Shown here in pieces: positions 1 to 21,019 of a stretch of DNA of 55,068 bases. The stretch is from assembly GCA_018398765.1 (NCBI GenBank), contig JAHBMJ010000174.1:1-55068 (forward strand). Reading direction: 5' to 3'. The position numbers were made by a program, and so were the translations under genes. This stretch comes from Chromera velia (taxonomy: Eukaryota). Numbering within the stretch: the first letter of the stretch is position 1; each line of letters begins with the position of its first letter. The notes under the pieces are model-generated. The model was not told where the DNA came from. It saw only the letters and a list, made by a program, of their open reading frames with translations, and searched no databases.

Positions 1-31
<31 letters not shown>

Positions 32-65
32 CGTTTCTGCCATCTCATTCCCCTCATTTCTGCCC

Positions 66-935
66 CCCTGTCTCATTCCACACACGTCCTCCTCTCCCCT
101 TAATTCTCGCCTTTCCTCTCCTCTCCTCTCCTCTCCTCTCCTCCCGATCCATCCATCCATCGTGTGCAGATTTGCTTCCTTCCTTCCTTCCTTCCTGCTT
201 GTAATCCTCCTAGCTGTCCTTGTCTTCGCTTCCTTCTTCTTTCTCTCCTCTTCCTTGCAGAATGCTCCCTTCGATAGGGCTCTGGAGGAGGTCACGAAGT
301 CCTTCCAGGGCTGCCTGCTTGGACCTTTTCGGTTAGTTGAGTCCTCGAGCTTGCAAATGTGCCCTTTTCTTCACACGAAACGAAATAGGGGAGGGGAATT
401 GAAAAAGTCTGTCCGTCGTCTTTGTTAGCATTTCACTCCTACCTGTCCGCACAGTTCGCCTCCGTCCCCCTGTCTCATTCCACACACGTCCTCCTCTCCT
501 CTCCCCTTCTCGTCTTTCCTCTCCTCTGCTCCCGACCCGATCCATCCATCCATCTATGCAGACCCACAAGGGGGGGGAAATGAAAAAGTCTGTCCGTCGT
601 CTTTCTTAGCCTTTCCCTCCTACCTCTCCTCACAGTACGCCTCCGTCCCCCTGTCTCATTCCACACATGTCTTCCTCTCCTGTCCCTTTCTCGTCTTTCC
701 TCTCCTCTCCTCTCCTCCTGACCCGATCCATCCATCCATCCATCCATCCATCGTGTGCAGATTTGCTTCCTTCCTTTCTTCCCCTTCCTTCCTTCCTGCT
801 TGCAATCCTGCTAGCTGTCCTTGTCTTCACTTCCTTCTTCTTTCTCTCCTGTTCCTTGCAGGATGCTTCCTTCGATAAGGCTCTGGAGGAGGTCACAAAG
901 TCCTTCTAGGGCTGCCTGCGTGGACCTTTTCGCTG
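66..935. repeat. Nested tandem duplications of intron+exon modules
   Basis: ccccctgtctcattccacaca... recurs at ~66, ~467 and ~647. 400-555 resembles 580-745, and 150-331 resembles 740-932. Confidence 0.85.
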
Positions 936-1207
936 GTCAGAAATTGATCGAGCAATTAATTGGACATCGATCCTGCAGATCGATACTTGGACGATCGAAC
1001 AAGACTTTTGCTGCGTTTTCAAGCAGAGACTGGTGGTCCTGTGGAGCTGCATCTCTCTCTTGCTTCCTCCTTTTCAGTGATTTTGTTCTCTGTGTCCCAT
1101 CCTGCTGTTCTCTCCCTGCTTTTTTGTTCCTTTCTATTAATAATTCCTTTCCTCTCTTGAGGTTCGTTTCTTTTTTTTTTTTGCCTGCAAAAACAATTTG
1201 CGTATGT

Positions 1208-1269
<62 letters not shown>

Positions 1270-3859
1270 TTGTGTGTGTGCAGTCTTCTGAGAAGATCCG
1301 GGGACATCGTGAGGCTTTGGGATGGGGTGCTGTTTGAGGTGCATAGAGGGGGGAGTCTGGTCCCCCAGACATGGAACGAGGCCGTGGAGGTGGCCAGAAC
1401 GAACCACTCCAACAGCCTCCACGTGACCGCCACCGCTGATGCCGAAGAAGCTGCAAACACCGAGCAGCAGCAGGAGGGACAGGGCGGGGGCGGGTCAGGG
1501 GGAGAACGCTGGCAGCCCCCAAAGGGCCCCCAAGGAGAAGGACGCCTTGCAACGCCAATTGGTGGAGGCTCTGAGGCTGTGTATAAGGTGTGTAAGAAGT
1601 TGGCTCTGGCAGCTTTGGCCGGGCATCCATTAATTGGGTGGAACCGGCGGAGACTCAGGTTCCTCATCCACTACGAGAGGAACATAAAGGAGCAGTGCCA
1701 CCTCTCCCCCCGCCGGGTGCGTGTGTGTGTCTGGCATGGCCTCTGTAAGCGTGAACGGGAGGGGGGTGGGCATCTGCTTTGGCGGGGGGGGAGGAGAGTG
1801 TTTCATTCCGTTCCAGTGGGGCCGGCGTGAAGTGGGAGAGAGACGACGATTCTGAGGAGGATGACGATGGATGGGGGGAAGGGGATTTTTGGCCTCTCTT
1901 CCCTGTGGGTCTTCGACAAAACCGGGAGTTCATCCTAGGATTCCTGGTGGGGGAAGGGGGGGCAAAAGTTATCGCGGGGAGGGCTGAATTCTCTCTGCAG
2001 GGGGAAGGTGCCGAGATCTCCCTCTTCCACCACAAGGTGGTCACATGCATGAGCGCGCTGATCTGCTTGTGGAGGAAGGAGAAGGAGGGGGATACTGATT
2101 CAGAGGAGATGGTGGCTGAAAAGGGTCGTCGGTTGGCTTCAAGGTCAAACGTCTTTCTCAGGAGATGGTTCGCCCTAGTGAGAGATGGTCCGTCGATATT
2201 CTTTCTTTCTTTCTTTCTGTATGTATTGTTTGTTCGTTCTTGCTGCAGCTAAGTCTCTGCTAGACAGTCTGCATGGGCATTTCTCCGGAGCAGAGCATCG
2301 CTGTACGCAGTGGAGGAACGAAAGCAATCAGAAATTCATTCATGGCCATAACACTGACACGCTTTCCCTAATTGACTTTTCCTCTTCCCCTATCCTCTTG
2401 CCTCTTTGCCCTTCTTCGTTCAGGCTTGCGCGTTGACGGGAACCAGGAGCCACGACTCTCTTCGTTTCTGCCGTGATTGTATGTTTTGTTTCTTTGTGTC
2501 TGTCTTTTCTTGTTTTTCCTTACCCGGCCCGTTACTGTTCTTCCTCTCCTTTCTTTCGTTCTATCTATCTTCCTTTACCCGCCGTTCTCTGTTTTGCACC
2601 CAGCAGCCGCAGGGCATGCATGCACTCCCCCCTCTAGCTCGACCGGCACTCTCTCCTATAGGTCCCGCCTGGAGATAGTGATTCTTTGTTTGCACACACC
2701 CGTGAGGAGCATGTATCGCAGTCTCTTCATGCCTGCATGTGCACACTTCTGTAAGCTCGGCATTGACATGGGATTGCATGCAGGTGGTGTCGCTTAGGGC
2801 CTTCGTCACCGTCTTTCTCCGGCTGACAACAGTAGACGATCTGTTGGAAGCCAGCGGGGGCCCATCAGAATGGACTTCGCGGCTTGTAGGAGACGCGGGA
2901 TCTCAAGAGGCGGGGGCCAGAGGGGTGTTCTTGTTTGTCTGTCTGTCTGGCCTTTCCTCTGCGCACGTGAAGAGTGAAGGGGTCGAAATCCGTTTTGGGG
3001 GAGGGAAGCAAGATTTTTTCATTCCCTATCAGTGGGGGATAAAATGGGAAAAGGATGACGACGAGGAGGAAGATGAAGATGGGTGGGGGGGGGAAGATTT
3101 CTGGCCTCTGTTTCCGTGTGGTTTGAGAGACAGAGAAGGGGGTGCTGGTGGTTTCTCAGGTCCTTCCGCTACGCGTGGAGGGACCTCCCCAGTGCCTTCG
3201 CTTTCTGGCACAGGGGGGGCGCATGCAGGTGCTGCTTGCAGGGGAGTGCCGTCTCCCGACATGGGTCCCACCGGTTCCTCTCACTCTCCATCTCCTGCTG
3301 AGGTACGTACGTTTGGGTGCGTGGCTGACAGTCTTCATATCTGTTTCCCTCAGCTCTGTAACGGTCATCGCGGAAAGGAAATTTATTGATAGATCGACGG
3401 TTTGCCTCCCTGTTTGTCTCTCTCTCTCTCTGCCTCCCTCCCTCCCTCTTTCTCCTTCTCCCCTTCTACTTCTTTCTTTTGTTTCTCTCTGATTATGTAC
3501 TTTTTCGAGCCTTGCAGAAAAGATTGAGTGGACGTTTGGGACTCATTGAAGATGAAAAAGAAAAAAAGAATGTGAACCTAGAATGTGAACCAGAATAAGT
3601 AAAGCATATGGTCCTCCTGCAGACCTCTGACGCGGTGACGATCCAGAGCGAAGCCTGGAAGATGTCGACTGGCCGATACGGATTCAGAGTTTGGAGAGAG
3701 ACAAAAGTCGGCAACAAGAAGAAGCAGGAGACCTTGGAGAGATGGCCAGTGTGGATTCCGAAGGAGGAGTCCTACACAGAGGAGGGATTCGAGGATCCAC
3801 AACAGGCAAACATGAAGGGAAAGGAGGCGGCGGGAAGGTGGATGGGAGGGTTGAAGTGA
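261..3859 (+). pseudogene. Degenerate multi-exon hypothetical gene, internally duplicated; 5' end probably outside the window
   Basis: AG/GT-bounded exon-like blocks: 261-331 (NAPFDRALEEVTKSFQGCLLGPF), a copy at 862-935 with in-frame TAG, 1284-1716 (phase-compatible with 331), ~1817-2187, ~2784-3303 and 3623-3859. Block ~1727-1920 resembles ~2941-3130 (FIPxQWG-xKWE-DDD-GWG-DFWPLFPxGLR), but the first copy is frameshifted. No recognisable domain. Confidence 0.45.
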
Positions 3860-5682
3860 AAGAAAAGGTTTTTTTGAATCGATAGAGCCTCCTTCGATCG
3901 TTTCTTCTTCCTCTCTTGCAAGAGTAGAAGAAAGGATCATCCGATTCGAGGTTATACGTATGCAAAAAGACAGAGAGAGATTCGAAGGCACGAAGTGCTA
4001 GCTGGCTGGATGAAAGAACATCGTTTGTTTTCTTTCTTTCGGGGCGACTTGCAGGTTTGCATGCACTCCTTGAGGTGTCGAGTGTGAAGGGGTGCTCCTC
4101 CTAAACAGAAAGACAGAGACACAATGTTATTGAGCCCCTATATTCTGCGATGAGGGAGGAATAAACAGAAAGGGCGCAATGCAACTGTGTTGCATTGAAG
4201 GAAAGGCGAAAAAGGGGGGGCAATGAATTCAAATGGGAAGGTCTTTCTATTACGTTGTTGTTGTCCCTCTCCCTCAGTCCTTTGCGTCTGCATGCGTGAT
4301 CGCTTGTATGTACTTGCATAAGGAAAGTGTCTAGGAAGTTGTCTTTTGCTGTTGCTGTTAATTTGCATCTTGTCCCACCCGGACCAGCTGGGGGGTGGAG
4401 GTTTAGTTGTGAGCCAGGCCCGGTGAACGCAGACTTGTATGCGGGTATGTGAATCCACGGGATCGGGGGGCACGACCGACGCACTACCAACCCGGAGAGG
4501 CATGCTGCGCAGATCTGCGCAGTAAAGTTCCATGCAGGGCGGGGCGAGCCGGACAAGGGATCCATGCGCGGGGCTCTGACGCACACATTTCTGGGCCTGG
4601 AAGTATGGAGCGGCACAGGAATGCATACATGCACGGATCTGGCCGCGTGACGTGCACGTGGCACGGATGGCAGTACTGCAAGCAAGCAGGCTGATCATTC
4701 ATGACCACATGCAGGAGGGTGTATCACGAAAAATTCATGTAGGAATTTCAATGACCGTATTCACAGAGATCAAACCAGACAGTTGTACTGAGTGATAGGA
4801 TTCTGTGGGACTGATATACCTTTATATGTTCTAAGTGAAAAGCTTCTGTCTGTCTCTCTGCCTATTTCTACGGGTTGTCTAGGAATAGAGCAGTCGTGTT
4901 TGAGCTAGGGTTTTAGAGTCAGTGAGAGTTTATCTTCATAGCTTCAGAAAGATATATGTAGTAGATAGTGTAGTAGATAGTGGGAAGTATTATTGAATTC
5001 CCATGATTCATAGTTCAATCAGTATATATATATAGCCTGTAGGCTGCAAGTCGCCCACCTAGGGGCAGCAAGTCCATGTATCAGGGGCATGCGAGGCCAT
5101 CCAGGCAAAGGAGGAAAGATGGGTGGATTCAGCAGTGCACTTATTGTTAGAGACGACTAAACCGTAAAACACTGCTAATCTAGCTAATGGTATATCAGTG
5201 ATCACGATCGAATCTAGGATCAAATAGAACTTAGCGGGGTACGATGTAGTGAGGTGTGTTACACTGTTGCATATAGATGGATGGAAGGTAAAAAAAAAAG
5301 AAATGGGTGTGTTGATTAATACACTGGCAAATCTAATGTATCATCATTATGATCATCATACGCTATCGCCATTGGCCTATAAATAGGTGTCCAGTGTTTG
5401 GCGGCAACACACGAGGCAGTTTGGTTCTTTATAACAGCAGTTCACTTTGATTTATACTTAATTCAAACCAGGATACTTCTTTTTAAACTCTTCTACTTCC
5501 GGAGCAGTATGCTAGGCAGCATGCTTACGCATGAATGATGCCGATTCATGGGAGCAGTACAAGAAAAAAAAAACTTTGAAAGTTTCAAATGATTGATTAA
5601 ATTGTGATTGAGGTTTTTGTTATTTTTGATTTTAATATAACATTATATAAAAACTCAATAGGAACTTGTATAATACTATATA

Positions 5683-6293
5683 CCCTGCAGGTAACTAGGA
5701 TTTTGTGGGATTTTAGCCCAGGATTTAAGCGGATTTTACGGGATTTTGGCCAAGATTTTAGCGGATTTAGGCGCGGATTTTGCCCAGGATTCTGCCAGAC
5801 TATTTCTCCAAGATTTTAGAATCTAAAATCCTGGCTCTAGGGATTATAAAGACTAAAATCCTGGATCCTAGGATTTTAGAAATGAATGCCATGATTTTAC
5901 AGGATTTTACGGGATTATACGGGATTATACGGGATTTTAACATAAACAAAAACAATGAAATAAAAGTTGATCACAATCGATGCCGGTTATCCCTTCTGTA
6001 CAGCCTTGAAGTATGTCATTCATCTTTGAATTTAATTTTATTCATTTCTTTAAAATCTCGTATAATCCCGTAAAATCCCGTATAATCCCGTAAAATCCTA
6101 GGAAGAGGCTAGGATTTTAGCTTTCTTCCAGGATTTTAGATTCTAAAATCCTAGGTGTAGGGATTATATTTTTAACGTTAAGAGTCCGGCAGAATCCTGG
6201 GCAAAATCCGCTAAAATCCTGGCCAAATTTAATCCCGTAAAATCCGCTAAAATCCTGGGCTAAAATCCTGCAAAATCCTGGCTATCTGCAGGG
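5683..6293. mobile_element. Foldback/MITE-like non-autonomous DNA element, 611 bp, with long modular TIRs
   Basis: Starts CCCTGCAG(G)TA and ends TA(T)CTGCAGGG, flanked by TATA on both sides (5679-5682, 6294-6297). Arms of ~250-280 bp are built from ~10-bp GGATTTTA(C/G) units and their reverse complement TAAAATCC. No transposase ORF. Confidence 0.85.
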
Positions 6294-7376
6294 TATATAT
6301 GGTTTTATTGTATAGCATATTTCTTCCGATTTCTTCATATACTCTTAATAATTTTGCATTAGATAATTTTTGATAATTAAGAGAGGCTACTTCATAGAGA
6401 GCTTTTGCAAAGTATAAAAAAATTATGTTGGACAACGGAGTGAATGAATGAATGAATGAATGAAAGGTTCGCTTTATTTGTGTGAATCAGTGTGATCTCA
6501 AAGCTGTGCTCCTAACACTGGCTAGCAGCCGATGTTCATGCCAGAAATTGTCAATCACAATACATAAATATACACTTTCAAACAACTTAAAATAGTAATG
6601 CAGATCCTACATAGTACATTCCTTCGTTCACCGCAAAGCAAGTGTAGATGTCGTTTGAGTGTTATAAAGAATGAACCCCTCAATCGATATACATGCCTAG
6701 ATACATGCACTCTCGTATACGCTGACACATCTAGCCTGAGATACATCCGACCTTGATCCTGCACGAGAGCTCGTAAGCTCTGCCCATGAGTCTGCTCCTG
6801 CATGCAATTCGAATCACTTACTGGAACGACGATAGGCATCTGGCTGCCTGAAGAATCTCTCTTCCCTCGTGTTCCGCTGCATGTCAGGCACTCCAGGGCT
6901 GTCCAGCCAGTGAACGGGCAATAGGTGATGAAAGAAATAGGAGACAGACAGAAGACAAGAACGAGGCGAGGGGAGACAGGGCAGGGCAGAGACAGAAAAA
7001 AGAGCCTCTGTGTATCCTTTCTTTCGTAACGAAAACAAAGGAGAACTTCCGCCAGTCGGCAGCAGCCCCTTTGCCTAATTCCCTTCGCTGATTGAATGTA
7101 TCAAGTGACGAAAGAATGACTCGCTGGATGATGAATCCATCCATCTATCCATCCATCCATCCATCCATTCGCGAGTCAATTTGCTTGCCTAAGGCGAACT
7201 GAATCCTGAAAAGAGAAGAACGTCCTCGTCGATGGGTACGACTTTCGGGCACGCTTTCTCTTCTTTTCTCTTCTCTTTTCTTTATTGACCCATAATGCAA
7301 CGGGAAGCCGAACAAAGAATAAAAAAAAAAGTCTGTTCCAACACTTTTAGCACGTAGACTTTATATTGTGTGTGTN

Positions 7377-7445
<69 letters not shown>

Positions 7446-8118
7446 AGAAAAGAACGCAGTGGAGCGACGCTTGTGTCCTTATCAACCCAACGCAAGATGG
7501 ACTTGAGACTGTGCAGACCGAGTGGATGAAGAATGAATCCAAGTTGATTCTCTCCAGCACAGCACAGCAAAGCAGTCCTTCCTTCCTTCCTTCCTTTCTT
7601 CTTTCTCTTCTTGTCTCCCCATCCTTCTCTGTTTCCGTTTCCAGGAAGTTTTTTGCTGAAGGGTATCGAGAGATTCATTCTGCACAAGAAAACGAACATG
7701 CTGAACGACGCATGAAGAAGTGCGAAGAGATAGAAGGAATGGCGCTTGTTCCCACATCGACAAAACAACAAAGGGAATGAAGAGAATTGATCATGACGAC
7801 GTGAGATTTCTTTCCCCATCCATTTGAATTCCCCCCTCTGTTTGTCGTCTGCTGCACTTCTGCATCTTCGCTTTTTCACTTCCATTCTCCCACTTCCAGA
7901 TCTTCCTCAGACAAACTCGAGACAGGACTGCAACTCCACACCGAGACGAGTCCTCTCATGCACGTTCTCATGATCATTCACCTCGTCTCCGTCTCCTTCT
8001 TCGTTCCCGTCTCTACTCAATGCCTTTCAATGAGTGTGTTCCCGTCTGTCCAGGTTCACCTTCTCACACCTTCTCATGATCATTCACCCCGTCTCCGTCT
8101 CCTCCTTCGTTCCCGTCT

Positions 8119-10260
8119 CTAGAAGTGCCAACCACACTCTTCTGCCACTGCTCTCTCTCTTTCAGACTGGCTGCAAAAGGAGAAAACGGGAGAGGGAGAG
8201 GATTCTTGACCCCCTCTCCCTCCCCCCCCTCCTGCCTCCCCCTCTCCCATCCAACCAACCGACGATGCAGTTCCCAAACTGTCCTCCTTCTCTTTCTCTT
8301 TCTCTTGCTCCCCCTTCTTCTGAGACACCGATGTGCTTCCAACGGGAACAAGAGCAGCAGCAGCGGCAGCAGTCCTCAACGGACCCCGCACCCTCCCGAA
8401 AAGGTCGGGGTTACACACACAGGGACAGTCACAATGATCAGGGGAACTCCGTGCGAACGTCCCCGCACTCTTCACAAGAAGACCTACAGACTCGACAGTC
8501 CCGTCTCTCTCCCTTTCCCTTTCCCTCACAGAAAGAGGAATACCTTCTTTCTCCTGTCCATGACCTGCTTGACTCAATACACCCACTTCTTTGTCTGCTG
8601 CTGTTGCTGTTGGGTGAAGAGAGCTCGACTGGCTGACAGCGAGAACGTCTGCCGCAGCGTGGGGGGGAGTCGGGATGGCATCTCCGAGTCTGAAGAGCGC
8701 CAGTGGGGGTGCGGTGCAGGACTTACAGGGGACACGGAGGGGCAACTGACGAGAGAGAAGTCCGTCAATCCTCTCTGCCCCTCCCGGAACCGGGCTGGAG
8801 CAGTTGCATGCCATTGGAAGGAGGGTTTGTGAAGCTGCGTGAGCGTTGTTGCGTGAGGCCGGGGCAGGCCAAGGGAAAACAAATCGGTTCTCGTCGGTTG
8901 TGAGTCGAGACAGAGAGCCCAGAAGAGCGATGCCGATCACCAGAAGGACCAGCCCGACAGGTGCTGCCACCTCTGGGCGTGTCAGTGTGTTTTTGCCTGT
9001 ACTCACTAGAGCTTGCATCAAGATGGATAGGGGGAAGGACAGGGAGACAACAGCGAGGGCAGCTTCCTGATTGAACAGTCGTCCTCCTCTCACCCTCCCT
9101 CTGTGTCCAGAGTGTGGAAGAACAGAAGGAACGTCGAGGGACTCCCCTCCCTCCCTCTCCTCTTCTTCCTCCGCACCCCCCCCTCTCACTGAATGACCCC
9201 CACCCCCCATCTGCTCTGCCTGATTTGCTACTTGGCAGATCTGCGCATACGGCCAAAAGGATGCAGCGGAATTGAAGAACAAACCCAAAGCCAGCTGCAG
9301 GGAGTCTCCCCCCCCTTTCCCCTTCTCCTCCCCCTCCCCGTCTCCAAGTTGGAACACCCTCACCATCAGCAGATTCACTATCGCAATCAGAAGAAAGCAC
9401 AGTCCCACGCGCATCACGAGCGTACACAGGATCAGCACAGCGTCTCGACGGAACCCTCCCAACTTCATCCCGATGAACAGCAACGTCACGGGCGTGGTGG
9501 CCCTACCGATCAACCTCAGAGCCCGACCGATAAACCCGAAGTGATCTACCTCCAGACTCACGAAACTCAATGCCAACCCGAGAAGGAAGGCGAACGTGAT
9601 GGGCTCAAGCAAAGCCTGCGTCAGAGCCCTCAAAGGACCCAAACTCCCCCCACCTGCAGACAAGAATATTTATGAAGACGATGAAAAATATTCTTGTTTG
9701 CATGTGAATTTTGTTGTTTGTAACCAAGGCTCCAGGCAATGCTCGAACCCACCGTTTCTCCTCCTGAGCCCCGATCCTCTTTTCCGCATTTCTCTGGACA
9801 TTCTCATGAAGGCCAACAGTTTGGCACCGAAAATTCCGTAAATTTTGTTGCCGAAGTCTGCGAACGCCATCTCAGCGAACATCAGGTCGCCTGTCTGTTG
9901 CCGGATGAATGGGTAGGAAGAGAGCCCGGGGGAGAAGGAGCACAGAACCATAGCAACAGACAGACAGTCGTCTCTCAGTCTGTCGGGCAAAGTGAATCTG
10001 AGAACGAGGCAGGACAGCGGTAACATAAACAGAGCAGCAGCTGCGAAGCCGACTGCCGGGAACACCAAAAGCTCCAAAGAGACATGCAGATCGAAAAGTG
10101 AGACAAAAATCGTGGCAGGAAGAAGAACCGAGAGAACGAGGTCTTTCACGGCTGGGGTGATTTTGGTTTTGCCCGTCTCCAATTTGAAACGCGCAGCAAA
10201 TCCCACGAAGACCAGAAAAAACAGCGCAAGCACCTGACTGTACGGCTCGGGCACCCACAT
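8119..10260 (-). CDS. AEC/auxin-efflux-carrier-like membrane transporter (permease); exons 10260-9753 and 9653-8119
   Basis: Two hydrophobic ORFs joined by a phase-1 GT-AG intron (9752-9654). About 10 TM-like segments, LLPATIF motif after TM1, xPGLSSYPF motif, and ATTPVTLLFIG in the second half as in AEC family carriers. Low-complexity C-terminal tail; 3' end less certain. Confidence 0.75.
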
Positions 10261-10885
10261 TCTTCTTCAATATATATATATATTTCTCCCAATTAACTGG
10301 AGTCTCTCTGCATGAGGACACAGCCCTCCTCAACAATCAGCTCGAAAAAAGTCTGTGAACATGCGTGAAACGTGAGGACCGCAGTCAAGCGTCCAAAATC
10401 CGTCAGTGGATCTGTCAGAGACCACGACAGTATTTCAAACAATGAAATGAGAAGACTCAGCCAGGAATGGGTCAGCAAGTCGACGCAGACTCTCAGAGTA
10501 AGCTCATGATGCATTGGCGTAGACGGCAATTAATTTTTCCGACTGGCCTGGCAGTCGCGAAGTCTTTTGGACTGCAGTCGCCTCAAGTCTTTGCCTAGCT
10601 TGCATGGAGCCGGCTGGGGACGCACTTTTTTGCATGAAAGCAATAATGGAGCCGGCCGCGGGCATGATCGAAGAGCTTGCTACTACCATGCATTTCCTTC
10701 CGACAGCTAGCATCTGACAGAATATGCAGCTGTCCTTCATCCAGCCGTCCGAGTCGTTCATTCCGACTGTTCCATGTGTCCACCCACTAATCTACCCTGA
10801 TGTCTGAGAGTCATGCAATGAAACTGGATCTGCTGACCGTTTGACCGCCCTGAGGAAGGAGCAAATAGACGGAAGCTGTCAGGTG

Positions 10886-21019
<10,134 letters not shown>

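Noticed and set aside
937..1830. ORFs with HTHT/CVCV runs (also 7282-7885, 13281-14046, 17183-17796, 31024-32144)
   Set aside because: These are translations of microsatellites or N gaps, not proteins.
5604..6435. Short ORFs with RILxDF repeats
   Set aside because: These are translations of the MITE's 10-bp TIR units.
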